Below are positions 9,177 through 21,400 of a stretch of DNA of 64,000 bases, piece after piece. The notes under the pieces are model-generated. The model saw only the letters and a program-made list of their open reading frames with translations. It made no database searches and was not told the DNA's origin. Source of the stretch: an uncultured Planctomycetota bacterium (GTDB lineage Bacteria > Planctomycetota > Phycisphaerae > Tepidisphaerales > Tepidisphaeraceae); NCBI GenBank assembly GCA_963841915.1, contig CAWJEN010000006.1:928001-992000 (forward strand), in the 5' to 3' direction. The position numbers and the translations under genes are program-made. Positions within the stretch are counted from its first letter, which is position 1. Every line of letters begins with the position of its first letter.

Positions 9177-9785
9177 ATGCTCACCACCCTCAAGATTCGT
9201 CGACTCTGGCAGCTAGGCCGGTACCGCGCGCTCATCCGTGAATTGACTGCAGGCCGGCCGGAGGGGCGGTTGGGCCTTGACGAGACGGTGGGCGGGCCAG
9301 TCGTCGCCGCAGCCGTCGGCCTCGTCCGGCTCCGGGAGTTGAATCAGACTGGCGGCGTGGCTGAGGAGATGCGACAGCGGCTGCTCTGGACGCAAACACG
9401 CGACGGTTCCTGGGGCGAGGCAGGTGACACCGACGACAACTGGTTCATCAAGACTGCACTTGCGGTGCGCGCGCTGCACGGGCTCGACGCTGCGGCAGCG
9501 GGTGGCTTGGCGTTCTTGAGAAGGCGGCAAGGCCGCGCCGGCTGGGGCAGTGCGTCGGCCACAACAGCCGTGGTGCTCCTGGAGGCCGGTCGACTTCCTG
9601 ACGCCGAGTTCCGCTTGGCAGACGCGATGCTGGAGGAGCCGACGACCGGTGTTAGCGAACCTGACGCGGTGACACGATGGGCCTGGAAGCACGCGAAGCT
9701 GCGTTGTGGTCGTCTGGTCAAGGCCCAAAGACCGCAGCGTCTTGCGGTCATAGCAGACGAGCCGACTCTCGCCTTCGCAGCGTGA
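9177..9785 (+). CDS. Hypothetical protein with prenyltransferase/QW-like repeats
   Basis: LLWTQTRDGSWG and FLRRRQGRAGWG resemble QW motifs; AGGA RBS. Confidence 0.55.
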   Translation: MLTTLKIRRLWQLGRYRALIRELTAGRPEGRLGLDETVGGPVVAAAVGLVRLRELNQTGGVAEEMRQRLLWTQTRDGSWGEAGDTDDNWFIKTALAVRALHGLDAAAAGGLAFLRRRQGRAGWGSASATTAVVLLEAGRLPDAEFRLADAMLEEPTTGVSEPDAVTRWAWKHAKLRCGRLVKAQRPQRLAVIADEPTLAFAA

Positions 9786-10049
9786 GCTTCAGGATCATCG
9801 AAGGACGCCTAAGCAGCGGCTTTGCGAGCCACAGGCTTCAGACGTCAAAACAGCAGATGGTCCTGGACGCCTTCGCGCCGGCGACTCCGTACTAGAGCTA
9901 GCTCTTTCTATCGCTCGGCCGTCATTCTTAGCGAGCACAGCAATTTGAAGGTCCTTGCACGTGCTATGGATGCCAAGCGGGGGGGGTTCAAGTACAAGCC
10001 GCGCCTAGCAGAGGGCCGTACCGGCTGCTGTGACGTCTGGTAAAACAGT

Positions 10050-10074
10050 AGCCGGTCGGCTAAGCCGACCGGCT
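10050..10074. terminator. Perfect hairpin between convergent genes
   Basis: AGCCGGTCGGCT-A-AGCCGACCGGCT. Confidence 0.55.
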
Positions 10075-10170
10075 GGTCTAAATCTGATCGTTCTGGGCTC
10101 AACTCGCTCCAGAATTTTGCCGATACACCGTCAGAATCTGAATCGTACTTCTTGTGCAGGGCATTCGCAC

Positions 10171-10404
10171 TCAGCAGAACGTCTCGACCGCCAAGGGGTA
10201 GGGAATCAGATCGGGGCGAACGAGGTGGAGCTTGCGGAGGCGTACCTCTGCAGACTCAGTCGCCTCAACCTCCTCGGGTGCCTCAGCCGCCTCTACTGCG
10301 GGATTGACCAATACGGGCATTGCGGGCTGCGGAGCCTTCGAGCCAGAGAGCGTCAGAGCCGCGGTTGCGGTGAGTAGAGCAAGAAGGGTCGGGTAACGGC
10401 TCAT
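10171..10404 (-). CDS. Small secreted hypothetical protein
   Basis: GGAG RBS, signal-like N-terminus, C-terminal LHLVRPDLIPYP segment. Confidence 0.6.
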   Translation of the reverse strand: MSRYPTLLALLTATAALTLSGSKAPQPAMPVLVNPAVEAAEAPEEVEATESAEVRLRKLHLVRPDLIPYPLAVETFC

Positions 10405-10555
10405 CAAAGTCTCCGATAAAATCGGGTCGGTGGTCCAACCACCTGCGGGATGGCGTGTCAACGCGTGTCACACGACCTTCGTATAGATAATCCAATTCGG
10501 TCTCAAGGGCAAGTCACGACCCGCTACACGCCGACTTGTCGGAGCGGCTGTAGAG

Positions 10556-11092
10556 CTACGTCGTCTCGTCGTAAACGCCGTCGCCAGCCGGTGGCGGGGC
10601 AACGGCGTCGGCCGCGGGCTCTGCGTCGGCGATGTTATCGGACGCTGCCTCGGCAGCTTTGGCACCCGTCGCTCCGCCAAGCGACGAGATGACGAATCGA
10701 ATCAGCATCGGCTTGCCGAACTTGAAGCCCAGCCGAACCAGCCGAGTCAGCAGGCTCGGCTTCTTCTTGGCCATTGGCGGCCGCATGCCTTGTGCAGCCT
10801 GTGCCTTCAGCGTCCGCTCCAGCCGTTCGATCCGCTCGTCGACCGGCTTCTGCTTCGACGGTACAAACGCGACGGCAGCAATCAAACCGGCCCCGGCGGC
10901 AACGCCCAAGCCGGCCAGCGGGTACTTGCGGACAATCACCCGCGGGTCGGCGACGGCCTTGAGGTGCAGCTTCAGATCGCTCGCCGCTGCTGCCATAGCA
11001 AGCTTGGCGTCATCAGCCTGCAGGCGATAAACCGCCCGCTCGCCGCCTTTGATTTGCAGTTCAGGGTCCGGCACGGGGTCGACGTCGCTCAT
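10556..11092 (-). CDS. Hypothetical membrane-anchored protein (YqjK/DUF3618-like position)
   Basis: DPRVIVRKYPLAGLGVAAGAG; GAGGAG RBS, ATGA overlap with the upstream gene. Confidence 0.65.
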   Translation of the reverse strand: MSDVDPVPDPELQIKGGERAVYRLQADDAKLAMAAAASDLKLHLKAVADPRVIVRKYPLAGLGVAAGAGLIAAVAFVPSKQKPVDERIERLERTLKAQAAQGMRPPMAKKKPSLLTRLVRLGFKFGKPMLIRFVISSLGGATGAKAAEAASDNIADAEPAADAVAPPPAGDGVYDETT

Positions 11093-11565
11093 GGTTGCTC
11101 CTCTCGCCGATGTCGCTCAGCCTCGGCACGGTCGGCGGCATCGACGGCAAACGACTCCCGCTGACGACGCAAACGCTCACCGTACGCATGCCTCGCGGTG
11201 TGCTTACCGGCCGAGCTGATCGAGCGGATGACGAACCACACGATCAGCGGCACGCCGAGTGCACCAATCAAACCAATCGCAAGCGGGCCAACCCACGCGA
11301 ACCCGCTCGGCATGAGGGCACTGATGGCACCGGCCAGGCCGATGACAAGCATGACGCACATCGTTATGAGCACCGTCAAGCCGATGAGAGCAAGCACGAC
11401 CAGCAGCACGGCCAGCAGCGCAAGCCGCTTGAGCGTCAGCGTCGTGCTGCCGACCTTGGCAGACACATACTGGCCCAGGTAGGCCAGAAGCTCTCGCGCG
11501 TGCGTCGCTGCGGCGGCAAGGTGCTGCTTGAGGTCCGGAGGTTCGGGCGGGCGGGCGTCGCTCAT
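11089..11565 (-). CDS. Two-TM membrane protein, phage-holin-family/YqjE-like
   Basis: Amphipathic N-terminal helix plus two TM segments; middle gene of an ElaB/YqjE/YqjK-like trio. Confidence 0.6.
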   Translation of the reverse strand: MSDARPPEPPDLKQHLAAAATHARELLAYLGQYVSAKVGSTTLTLKRLALLAVLLVVLALIGLTVLITMCVMLVIGLAGAISALMPSGFAWVGPLAIGLIGALGVPLIVWFVIRSISSAGKHTARHAYGERLRRQRESFAVDAADRAEAERHRREEQP

Positions 11566-11603
11566 AGTGGCCGCAGGTTCACAGGGTAAGACTGTCGGCA
11601 ATC

Positions 11604-11819
11604 TCATCGCTTGATGAGCCAACCCGCAACGACTCCGACGGCACACCCAGCAACTAGTGCGACTGCCGGCTTCTGGCGGATGACATTGCGAGCCTGACGC
11701 AGGCCCGCATGGGCCGCGTCGGCCGCATTGCCACCGGCGGACGGCTCGGCAGGCTCACCCACTGGTGGGACATGTGCCGATGCTGAAGCGGGTGGAACAG
11801 AAGCAGTGGGCGGACGCAT
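11604..11819 (-). CDS. Small tail-anchored ElaB/YqjD (DUF883)-like protein
   Basis: C-terminal IRQKPAVALVAGCAVGVVAGWLIKR. Confidence 0.65.
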   Translation of the reverse strand: MRPPTASVPPASASAHVPPVGEPAEPSAGGNAADAAHAGLRQARNVIRQKPAVALVAGCAVGVVAGWLIKR

Positions 11820-11900
11820 CACATAAGCCTACCCGCCCCGATTCTTCTCGACACTCAGCCACGCTGCGGCTACGTTGCTCTCCGTCCTACCGCGCCTTCC

Positions 11901-12335
11901 ATGGGCATTCGCGAGCAGATCAACGAGAAGCCCGCAATTGTTACCGCCGCTACGGCGGGGATCTTGTTTTTGGCTCTCCTGTGGATGTCGTTTCAATTGG
12001 GCTTCTTCGGGAAACCGTCGGCGCCGGCAAGTGCCTACTTCTGGCTCGGCGACAACCGCTTTGTCATCGGCGACATGCGAAGCTACTACGAGAGTGACCC
12101 GCTCGATCCCAGCCGCCCGGTGATCGCCTACCGCGTGAAACCGAGCGGCGGCGGGGAGTTGGTGCTTTGGTACCTCCAGCGCTTGACGACGGAGCAGGGC
12201 AATGGAGTCGCGGCCGAAATTCGTACGCCGACGATGTCTCGATGGGTGTCGATAAACTCGCCCGAAGCTGCCGAGATTAGGCGAAACGTGCCCCTCGACG
12301 GCGACGGACAGGTGATGGTTCCGCATCAGCCCTGA
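11901..12335 (+). CDS. Hypothetical protein with N-terminal membrane anchor
   Basis: MGIREQINEKP plus TM segment; non-overlapping ORF. Confidence 0.65.
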   Translation: MGIREQINEKPAIVTAATAGILFLALLWMSFQLGFFGKPSAPASAYFWLGDNRFVIGDMRSYYESDPLDPSRPVIAYRVKPSGGGELVLWYLQRLTTEQGNGVAAEIRTPTMSRWVSINSPEAAEIRRNVPLDGDGQVMVPHQP

Positions 12336-12340
12336 AATTC

Positions 12341-13327
12341 TTAAGGTTTACGTCCTTCAAGCAGCGCAGTCGCACGCTCCACCGCCACCGGCAGCGCGTC
12401 GGCTACCTCAAGGTAATCAACCTGCATCGCGCGGATGTCGTCGGCGGCGGTGTCCCGCACCGAGCCGATGGTAAAGCCACTGTCGAGCAGCATCTGTTCG
12501 GTTTTTGCACGAATAAGAAAATCAATGAGCGACTTCGCAGAAGCCTGGTCGGAACCCGTGTTGCGGACAAGGGCCACGGTCGTCGGCAAGGTCAGCGTGC
12601 CGATGCCGTCGGCAGCCTGATCGAGGAGCACCATCTGCACGTCGCTGCCGAGATTCCTTTGAGCGGCGGCGACGTCGTCGTTGTCGGTCAGGCCCGCATC
12701 GGCCGAACCCGTCGCCACCGCCTCGGCGGCGTAGCTGTTACCGGCGACGAGCGCCACGTCGTTCGCACGCATGCGACGGAACAGGTCATCAAACGCCGTC
12801 TCGCCCAGCGTGACATACAAAGCGGCGACGTGGCTGCCCGTCGTCCCGGCGGTCGGCCGCGCAATGACAGCTCGGCCACGTAAGGCATCCTGCGTCAGGT
12901 CGTCCAGCGTCGCCACGTGACCAGCGTCGGCTGAGACGGCAAGCACGCGGGCGCGAATGCCGGTGCCGTGCCAACGCGCGTCGGCATCTCGGTACAACGG
13001 CGCGACGCCGTCGGCCGTCGCTGGCACATACCGCTCGAAGAGATCTTCATCGGCAAGCCGGATCGTCCGGAACGGCTCGTTGCCCCACCAGACGTCAGCC
13101 ACCGGCCGGTCCTTCTCCGCACGCAACCGCTCGGCAAGGCCGACGCTTTTGGTCGCCTCCGTATCCGTTACGACACGCACCGCCACGCCTGACTCTGCCT
13201 CGAAAGCATCAATGATCGGCTGCGCGTAGGCGACGTCAACACTCGTGTAGAGCGTGACCGACGGACGTTCGTCGTTTCCGCAGCCGAGCAGACACAGTGC
13301 AAGCACGAACATCGGGACGCCACGCAT
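12341..13327 (-). CDS. ABC transporter substrate-binding lipoprotein (Fe3+/AfuA-like)
   Basis: Lipobox LLGC, VTLYTSVD, RLRAEKDRPVADVWW, GLTDNDD. Confidence 0.85.
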   Translation of the reverse strand: MRGVPMFVLALCLLGCGNDERPSVTLYTSVDVAYAQPIIDAFEAESGVAVRVVTDTEATKSVGLAERLRAEKDRPVADVWWGNEPFRTIRLADEDLFERYVPATADGVAPLYRDADARWHGTGIRARVLAVSADAGHVATLDDLTQDALRGRAVIARPTAGTTGSHVAALYVTLGETAFDDLFRRMRANDVALVAGNSYAAEAVATGSADAGLTDNDDVAAAQRNLGSDVQMVLLDQAADGIGTLTLPTTVALVRNTGSDQASAKSLIDFLIRAKTEQMLLDSGFTIGSVRDTAADDIRAMQVDYLEVADALPVAVERATALLEGRKP

Positions 13328-13343
13328 GCCGAACCGTATCCGC

Positions 13344-14654
13344 TTACAGAGGCATGCCGAAGTTCGGCAGCTCGCCGCCCCGAATAATAGCGTCATAGAT
13401 CTGCCGCGTCTGCTTTGCTTTGGCCGGCCAGGTGAAAAGCGATCGCACCCGCTCCGCCGACCGCCTTCCCTTAATTTCGATCGACGATGGGTCGTCGGCC
13501 AGCTTGTTGAGCAGCTTTGCGAAGCCATCGACGATCGTCTTCCGATCGCCCAGCGGCACGAGCCAGCCGACATCATCGGTGACGAGTTCGGGAGGTCCCG
13601 CGTAGTCGACACATGCAACCGGCAGTCCGACGGCCATCGCTTCGAGCGCGACGCCACCACCAAATTCGCGGATGCTGGGGAAGACCATCAGGTCGGCCTC
13701 GGCTAACACGCCCGGCACCTCTTCGTGCTTGACCCAGCCGGGAAAGCTCACGCCCTCGACGCCTGCCGTCTGCTGTTGGAGCTCCTCGAGCATCGGCCCT
13801 TGCCCGTAAATCGTTAGCGTCGCGCGGCCTTCTTTAAGCAACGGCATCGCCGCCTCAATCGCCATGTCGAAGCCTTTATAAGCGACCAGCCGGCCGATGC
13901 TGACAAGTCGCAACGGCCCGTCACCTGCAGTTCGGGTCCGCTCGGCGACGAAGCGGGCAGGGTCGATGCCGTTTTCCGGCAAGTAGATCGTGCGGCCGTT
14001 GACGCTGTCCGGCATCTGCCTGAGCGTCTCGCGGCTGCCGCAGACGATGGCCGAGGCGTTCTTGCGGGCAGAGCTGTAGCCCGGCAGCAGCTTGTACGCC
14101 GACCGAATGCTGGCGAGCCATTCGCGCTCCTTCCGCTGAGCTGACTTAAAGGCCTTGGGCCAAGGGGCTCCGCCGTTGAGGGGGCCCCAGACGAAGGGCA
14201 CCCCTAATTTCGCACATCGCCGCGCTGTCTTCGGACCAATCGTTGGTGACAGCGGCGTCACCTGATGTACTACCTCAAAGCGACCTGCGGCAAAATCTTT
14301 GCCAAAGTGCTGCCACAGCAACCGCTCGAAGTAGGCGTAAGTGAACGCAGACGCCGCCTGCAGGATCGTCCAGCCCTTGCCCTCACCTGCGATCTTGACG
14401 GCCAGCTTGTATGCCGGGCCGACGAGCTTTTCGCTGTCGATCGCGGTAAAATCATCGCCCTCGACGAGTCCAGCGCGAAGCAAAGCCTCGCGGTTGCGGA
14501 CCTGCGTCGCCAGGTGTACGTCGGCAACCTCGCGAAGGGCGTTGTAGTGCGACCAGCCGACGAGTGGCACACTAACCCACTCCGGGTTGCAGGCCTCTGC
14601 GATAACGAGAACCTTGGGCTTGTTTCGATCCTTCACATTGGTGATCATCGGCAT
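13344..14654 (-). CDS. Glycosyltransferase family 4
   Basis: EACNPEWVSVPLVGW, IGRLVAYKG, FPSIREFGGGVALEAMAVGLPV. Confidence 0.9.
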   Translation of the reverse strand: MPMITNVKDRNKPKVLVIAEACNPEWVSVPLVGWSHYNALREVADVHLATQVRNREALLRAGLVEGDDFTAIDSEKLVGPAYKLAVKIAGEGKGWTILQAASAFTYAYFERLLWQHFGKDFAAGRFEVVHQVTPLSPTIGPKTARRCAKLGVPFVWGPLNGGAPWPKAFKSAQRKEREWLASIRSAYKLLPGYSSARKNASAIVCGSRETLRQMPDSVNGRTIYLPENGIDPARFVAERTRTAGDGPLRLVSIGRLVAYKGFDMAIEAAMPLLKEGRATLTIYGQGPMLEELQQQTAGVEGVSFPGWVKHEEVPGVLAEADLMVFPSIREFGGGVALEAMAVGLPVACVDYAGPPELVTDDVGWLVPLGDRKTIVDGFAKLLNKLADDPSSIEIKGRRSAERVRSLFTWPAKAKQTRQIYDAIIRGGELPNFGMPL

Positions 14655-14747
14655 GACAGCGCGCAAAAACAACGGGAGCCGAGGAACGTCCTCGACTCCC
14701 GCCGCACGCCAGTGTGTTGTGAGCTGCAGACACCTGCCCGCGGCAGA

Positions 14748-17527
14748 TCAGGCACCGAGGCGGCTGAGGCCCAGGTTGTCGAGCATGATCGTGTAGACCG
14801 CGTCGGCGTTGGCGTCGTAGAAGTCGTCGTCACCGACGCCGTAGGTGTTGTCCCACTCGCTCTCGTCCATGAAGTTTGAGCGGGAGTCGCCCGTGCCGAT
14901 CCAGTTGACGCCGCCCTCGGCCCAGCCACCGGGCGTTGCCGCCGGCCAGACGTTGCCGTTGATCGCCTCGTACTCGCTGAGGTCGTTGTCTTGGTGGCTG
15001 AAGGCGGCGGCCCCGTAGGCACCGACCTCGAGGTTCGGAGCGACGTAGACGTTGTCTGTCAGTCGCAGCCCCTCGCTGCCGCCCCACGACTTGATCATGC
15101 CGCCGCGGGTGCCGGTGTTGGTGATGAGGTTGCCGTGCACCGTCAGGTCGACCACGGTACGGCCGTAGGCGGAGTCGAAGCCTTCGACGGTGATGGCGTG
15201 GTAGTTCTCGACATTGATGCGGTTGAAGCGGACGTCGACGTGCTCGGCACCGTGCTCGACGATGAAGCCGGCGTCGTCGCGATGGTCGTTGTACTCGAAG
15301 ACGGCGTACTCCCAGCGGTCCTGCTTGTGGCTCAGACCGTCGGCGTCACCGAGCGGCCCGACACCGCTGACGCCGCGGAGCGTGTTGTTGGCGACGTAGG
15401 CGTAGCTGCCGTGCTGCACGACGAGTGTGCCCTTGGCCGTGTCCCACTGGTCGCTCTGCGAACCTTTGTTGCGGCGGTCGATGTTGTCGAAGTCGTTGCC
15501 GCTGATCGTGACGCCTTCGATGCCACGGGCGAGCCGGATGATGTGTTCTCGGGTCGAGTTGACGGCCGTGTTGCCCAAGACGGTCATGCGGTCGCCCTGA
15601 CCCCAGATGAAGTAGGCACGAACGCCGGTCTCGCTCGGGGCATCATTGCCTTGGACCAGCATGCCGCTCGGGTTGGACGAGCCGAGGATCGCGGAGCTGA
15701 CATCAAGGAACGTGTTGTCCTGAATCGTGATGTTCGTGCCGGCCGGCACGATGCCGTTGGCGATCATCTTGCCCGTGTGCTGGACGCCGCGATTGGTCAG
15801 GGTCAGGCCACGGACGACGGTGCCGTCTGCACTGCCGTGCATGAAGACCATCGACTTGGTCCAGGTGTGCTCGCCTCGCCATTCGACCTTCGGCTTCGAT
15901 CCACTGCCGTAGGCGGTGATGGTGATGTCGTCGTTGCGGATGTGGATCTCTTCGTGCAAAGCGTGGGTCTGGCCGCGACGGAAGCGGATCTCGACGTGAT
16001 CGCCCTCGGCCTCCATCAGATCCAGTGCGCGGGCGGCAGAGCGGACGGCAGACGATGGCGGTCGAGCCGTCGTTGTTGTCGTTGCCGGAGTTGGCGTCGA
16101 CGTGGATCAGGCGACGCTGCGATGCTGCCACGGTGACGGTCGTCTGTGACTCGCCGATACGGCCGTTCTCGTCAGCGACGCGGAGCGTGATCGTGTACGT
16201 GCCGGGCTCGTCATACACGTGTGAGCCGACGAAGCCACGGATGCGATTGAAGTCAGAGCCGTTGTCGCCGAAGTCCCACTCGAAGGTGGCATCGTTGAAG
16301 TCACCTGCGTTGAAGCTCGTCTGCAGACCATCGACGTGGACGCTCTGACCGGCGATGATTGTGCGATCCTGGACCGACAGGCGAACCGTCGGAGCATCGG
16401 CGTCGCCGCTCGACGGTGGCAAAGGATCGCTCGTCGGCGGTTGAGGTGTCGCGGGAGGCGTGACCGGCGCGTTCGGCTGGCTGATGGCCTGGGCGACCTC
16501 GAAGTTGTACGTGACGGGCTTGCCGATGTCGCCGCTGGCACCCTTGTCGACGAATGTCTCGATGGTGAGCGAGTAGCTACCGGGCTTGGCCGACCAGGCA
16601 TTGAGCACGCCGTTGCTGTCGCCGTGAACGGCAAAGGGTGCATAATTCTCGGTGTGCGTCCAGGTGCCGTCGGGACCTTGGAGAGTGAAGCGGACTGATC
16701 CCTTAAACTCGAAGCCGGCTGAATCGATCGACGTCGACCACGATGCCGCCGTTGTTGATGGCATCGACGTCGAGCGTTCCGCCGTTGGCGACGCTGATCG
16801 ACTGACCATCGGCCAACACGGTCACGCTCTGGACGCGAAGATCTGCAAAGCCACTCTTGACGTCAACCTTGCTGATACGACCGGCGGAGGTTTCGACCTT
16901 CACGCCGACGTGGTTCTGTCCGATCTGACGGGCCAGGCGAAAGGCGTCGAACCGGCCGCGACGGCCGCTGAAGCCTTCGGTCTCGTGGAAGACCTGCACC
17001 CGCTCAACGTCACTCGTCACGTTCACTTCCGGCCGCGTCTTAGTCAGTCGACTGTCGAGGCGGACATTGTCCACGCCCTCCGTGCCGCTGACGGTGATGC
17101 GACGAACCCGCTCGACGTTGACCCAGTCGCCCTCAGTCCGCTCGCCGTTTGGACCGACCATGACACCACGAAGGTGAGAGCCGTCAAGGTCGAGCTCGAC
17201 GGCCATACCGGCGGCGGAGATCTGATTCGGGTCAAGCGACAGCGTGTCACCTGCGAACTCGACCGAGCCGGCACTGACACTCATGAGGCGTCGCGCTTCG
17301 AGCGGCGACAAGTTGTTGTCGGCGGCCGGTGCCTGATCACCCTTTCGACGGTTCGGCACGTAACGACGGAACTCACGTTGCTCCTGCACATTGAAGAAAC
17401 GGCCGGCGTTCCGCTTGCCACCGATGGTCGCGGCCGCGGCGGCGGCGACGACATCGAGCGGGCTTTCGTAGTCGGAGGTGTCCCCGATCGCTTCGTTGGG
17501 CTGGCGTGACATGGTCATAACTTCCAA
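14748..17527 (-). CDS. Large extracellular protein (LE-x-RRL leader motif, PKD domain, right-handed beta-helix), read as three ORFs because of two frameshifts (~16725, ~16060)
   Basis: LSPLEARRLMS; FEWDFGDNG..SHVYDEPGTYTITLRV (PKD); IHVDANSGNDNNDGS continuing into SSAVRSAARAL in the next frame; Asn-rich beta-helix repeats. Confidence 0.75.
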
Positions 17528-17702
17528 TACATCGGCTGCCTATGCCTACCAAACCTCCTAAATTAGCAGCGGACCCGATAAGATCGGGCCCGCTGCGTCT
17601 CAAAGCATTCGCTTCGACGTTTGTAGATTTACCGGGCCAAGATCGGCCGGTTCAGGTCGCAATTGCGACGCCTGTCGGCCGTCGCTGCGCCACTCTTGGC
17701 AC

Positions 17703-18077
17703 CTACTTGGCCGGTAGCACCGCGTCCTTCGCCGGCTTGGCGATGCGGAACTTGAGCGCCTTGCTGGCGGGCTTCTTCACCGGCTCACCCGTCTGCGGGT
17801 TGCGGAATGTGCGCGGGCCACGCTTGACGATGATGAGCTTACCGATTCCGGGGACCGTGAAGCCCTTTTCGTTCTTCTTCGCCTGGAGGTAGGCCAGGTC
17901 GGCCTGCTCTTCGAAGAAGGAGCGGGCCTGCTGCTTGCTAATGCCGACCTTGTCGGCCATGTAAGCGTAAATCTCGTTCTTGGTCATCGGCTTGTTCGGA
18001 CTTGGTGCCTTGGCCGGAGCGGCCTTCTTGACGACCTTCTTGACCGCCTTGGTGACCTTCTTGACTACTTTTGCCAT
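17703..18077 (-). CDS. hup: HU family DNA-binding protein with Lys/Ala-rich N-terminal extension
   Basis: MTKNEI, FTVPGIGKL, RTFRNPQTGEPV, LKFRIAK; AAGGA RBS. Confidence 0.92.
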   Translation of the reverse strand: MAKVVKKVTKAVKKVVKKAAPAKAPSPNKPMTKNEIYAYMADKVGISKQQARSFFEEQADLAYLQAKKNEKGFTVPGIGKLIIVKRGPRTFRNPQTGEPVKKPASKALKFRIAKPAKDAVLPAK

Positions 18078-18230
18078 GGTGGCTTCCTTGAAAAAGGTGG
18101 ATGTGCTGTTTCCACCCGCCGCACTCGACGGGTTAGATATTGAAAGTATCGGGAAAATCCGCCCGTTCAATGCAATCTGCGCCCCCGCGACAGAAATAAA
18201 TCGCTCGCATTCCCCAAATCAAGAGCCGAA

Positions 18231-19440
<1,210 letters not shown>

Positions 19441-19448
19441 GCCAGACT

Positions 19449-21339
19449 CTACCGCCGACGCCGCAAAAGCAGTCCGCCGAGCGACACGACGGCCAGTGAC
19501 GCCGGTTCAGGCACCGTCGCGGCCCAAGCGTCCATCGCCGCCAACTCTTGCAGGCTGCCGCCGAAGTTAGCTCGCAGGACTGCAAAATCGAGAATCGAGA
19601 CGGTGCCGTCGAGGTTGAAGTCCGACGCCGCTCGGCCGCTTGTGCCGAATTCGCTGCGAAGCACGGCAAAGTCGAGAATGCTGACGGTGCCGTCGAAGTT
19701 GGCGTCTCCGTTCAGGAGCCGAAGAGGCTTGAGAATCGCGGCATCTGCCGTGTAGGTGATGTCAAAGGCAAGGCCCGTCAGTCCGAGCGTGTCGATGATC
19801 CCGTCGAACGTGCCGAGCAGATTGTCAGCGTCAATGATGGTGAACGCATCACCCGGCAGCGGCTGGAAGCCGTCGATTGCAGTGACGACCAGGTCGCCGT
19901 CAACGTTTACCGCGCCGTCGATTTGCAGCGAATCAAAGCTGCCGTTCAGAAGGCCTCCGAGCTCGATATTGAGCGTGCTGTTTGTGCCGAGCGTGACGTC
20001 GCCGCCGAAGTTGACGGCAGCGGGGGAATTTCCGGGCTGGAAGTTGCCGAGGAAGACGACGTCGCCGCTGCCGGTGTAATTGCCGTCGCCGCTGGCGTTG
20101 TCGAACAGCGTGACGCTGCTTCCCGCAGCAACTTGCACCTCACCGAGATTGATGAAATTGCCTCGTACGGCCAAGTCTGCGTCGCCGCTGACGCCGACGG
20201 TGCCGTTGTTGGTGAAGAAGGCGTTGTTCTGGGTCAACACCTCGCTGTTGCCCCCGACGAATCCGATCGTGCCGCCGTTGAAGAGGAAGTCGGCGCGAAT
20301 GGTCGCGTCGCGGGCGAGGATGGACGCACTGCTGTCCACCAGCTCGATGCCACCCTGATCGAGAACGAGCGACCCGCCGTTGATGCTGGTTTGGCCGTTG
20401 AACGTGCTGGTCTGCTGATCGCTGTTGATGCGAAGCGTTTGGCCGTTGTTGATGTCGATGGTCGACCCGAAGTTCGACAGTATGGTGCCGTTGACAATGC
20501 CCCCGCCTGTAAACGAGCCTCCATCGATGATCTCAATGGCACGCCCGGAGCCAAACGGTGGTGGCGAGATGCTTCCGCCGTCGAGGCTGAAACGGCCGCC
20601 GATGGCGACGCTGCCGAGGAGGCGGGCACCGTCAGCAAAGCTCGCTGACGAGCCTTGAAACACGCGCAGCTCTCCAAACGACGCGCCACCCAGGTCTAAG
20701 ACATCGATCGTGGTGCCCACACCCGTAGCCGACAGTTCGATCTGACCGGTCGGGCCATTGTCGAACTGGTTGCCGAGCGTCAAGTCGCGGAACCGGCCCG
20801 TAGCACCGTCGGCAAAGGATAGATTGACGCAGCGCCGTCGGCGGTACGACCAGCTGGGTCTGCGCCATCTGCAGGAGCGAACCTGCACCGTCGACACGCA
20901 CGATCGCGGTGCTGTTGAAGGACGGCACCAAGAACTGAACATTGTTAAGCACCCGCAGCTCTCCGCCGTTGGTGATGTTGACGAACCCGCTGTTGCCGCC
21001 ATTGTCGAAGGGTTCCGATCCGAGGAGCAGGCTGTTCGCGACGACGCTGCTGCCAAAGCCGTCGATATCGAGCACGCCCGGGGCGGCAAAGGTGCCGACC
21101 TGCACCGTCTCTACACGTGCGGTCGCACCGTCGAGCACCTCTAGCCGGCCCGAGGGGCCGGTGCCGATGACAAAGTCACTAGAAAGGTCGTTGATCACTC
21201 CGCCGAGCGAGCCGTTGACAGACGATCCGCCGAAGTCGACACCGCCTGAGGCGACGATGTCAGGAGCAGCTTGGACGGACACGACAGCCGGCAGAAGCAC
21301 GGCCGCGGCTGCGAGGGCAACGGGGTGACGCATTCTCAT
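19449..21339 (-). CDS. Secreted beta-strand-repeat protein with dockerin-like double repeat and PEP-CTERM; frameshift near 20840
   Basis: Signal peptide in ORF 20632-21339; FQPGNSP motif, GDANFDGTVSILDF x2 and VPEPASLAV..RRRR in ORF 19449-21089. Confidence 0.8.
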
Positions 21340-21400
21340 AGCGACGCGAATCTACCACAGATGCGAGGCTTCTGCACGCGTTAGCGCTATCTTCATCGGC

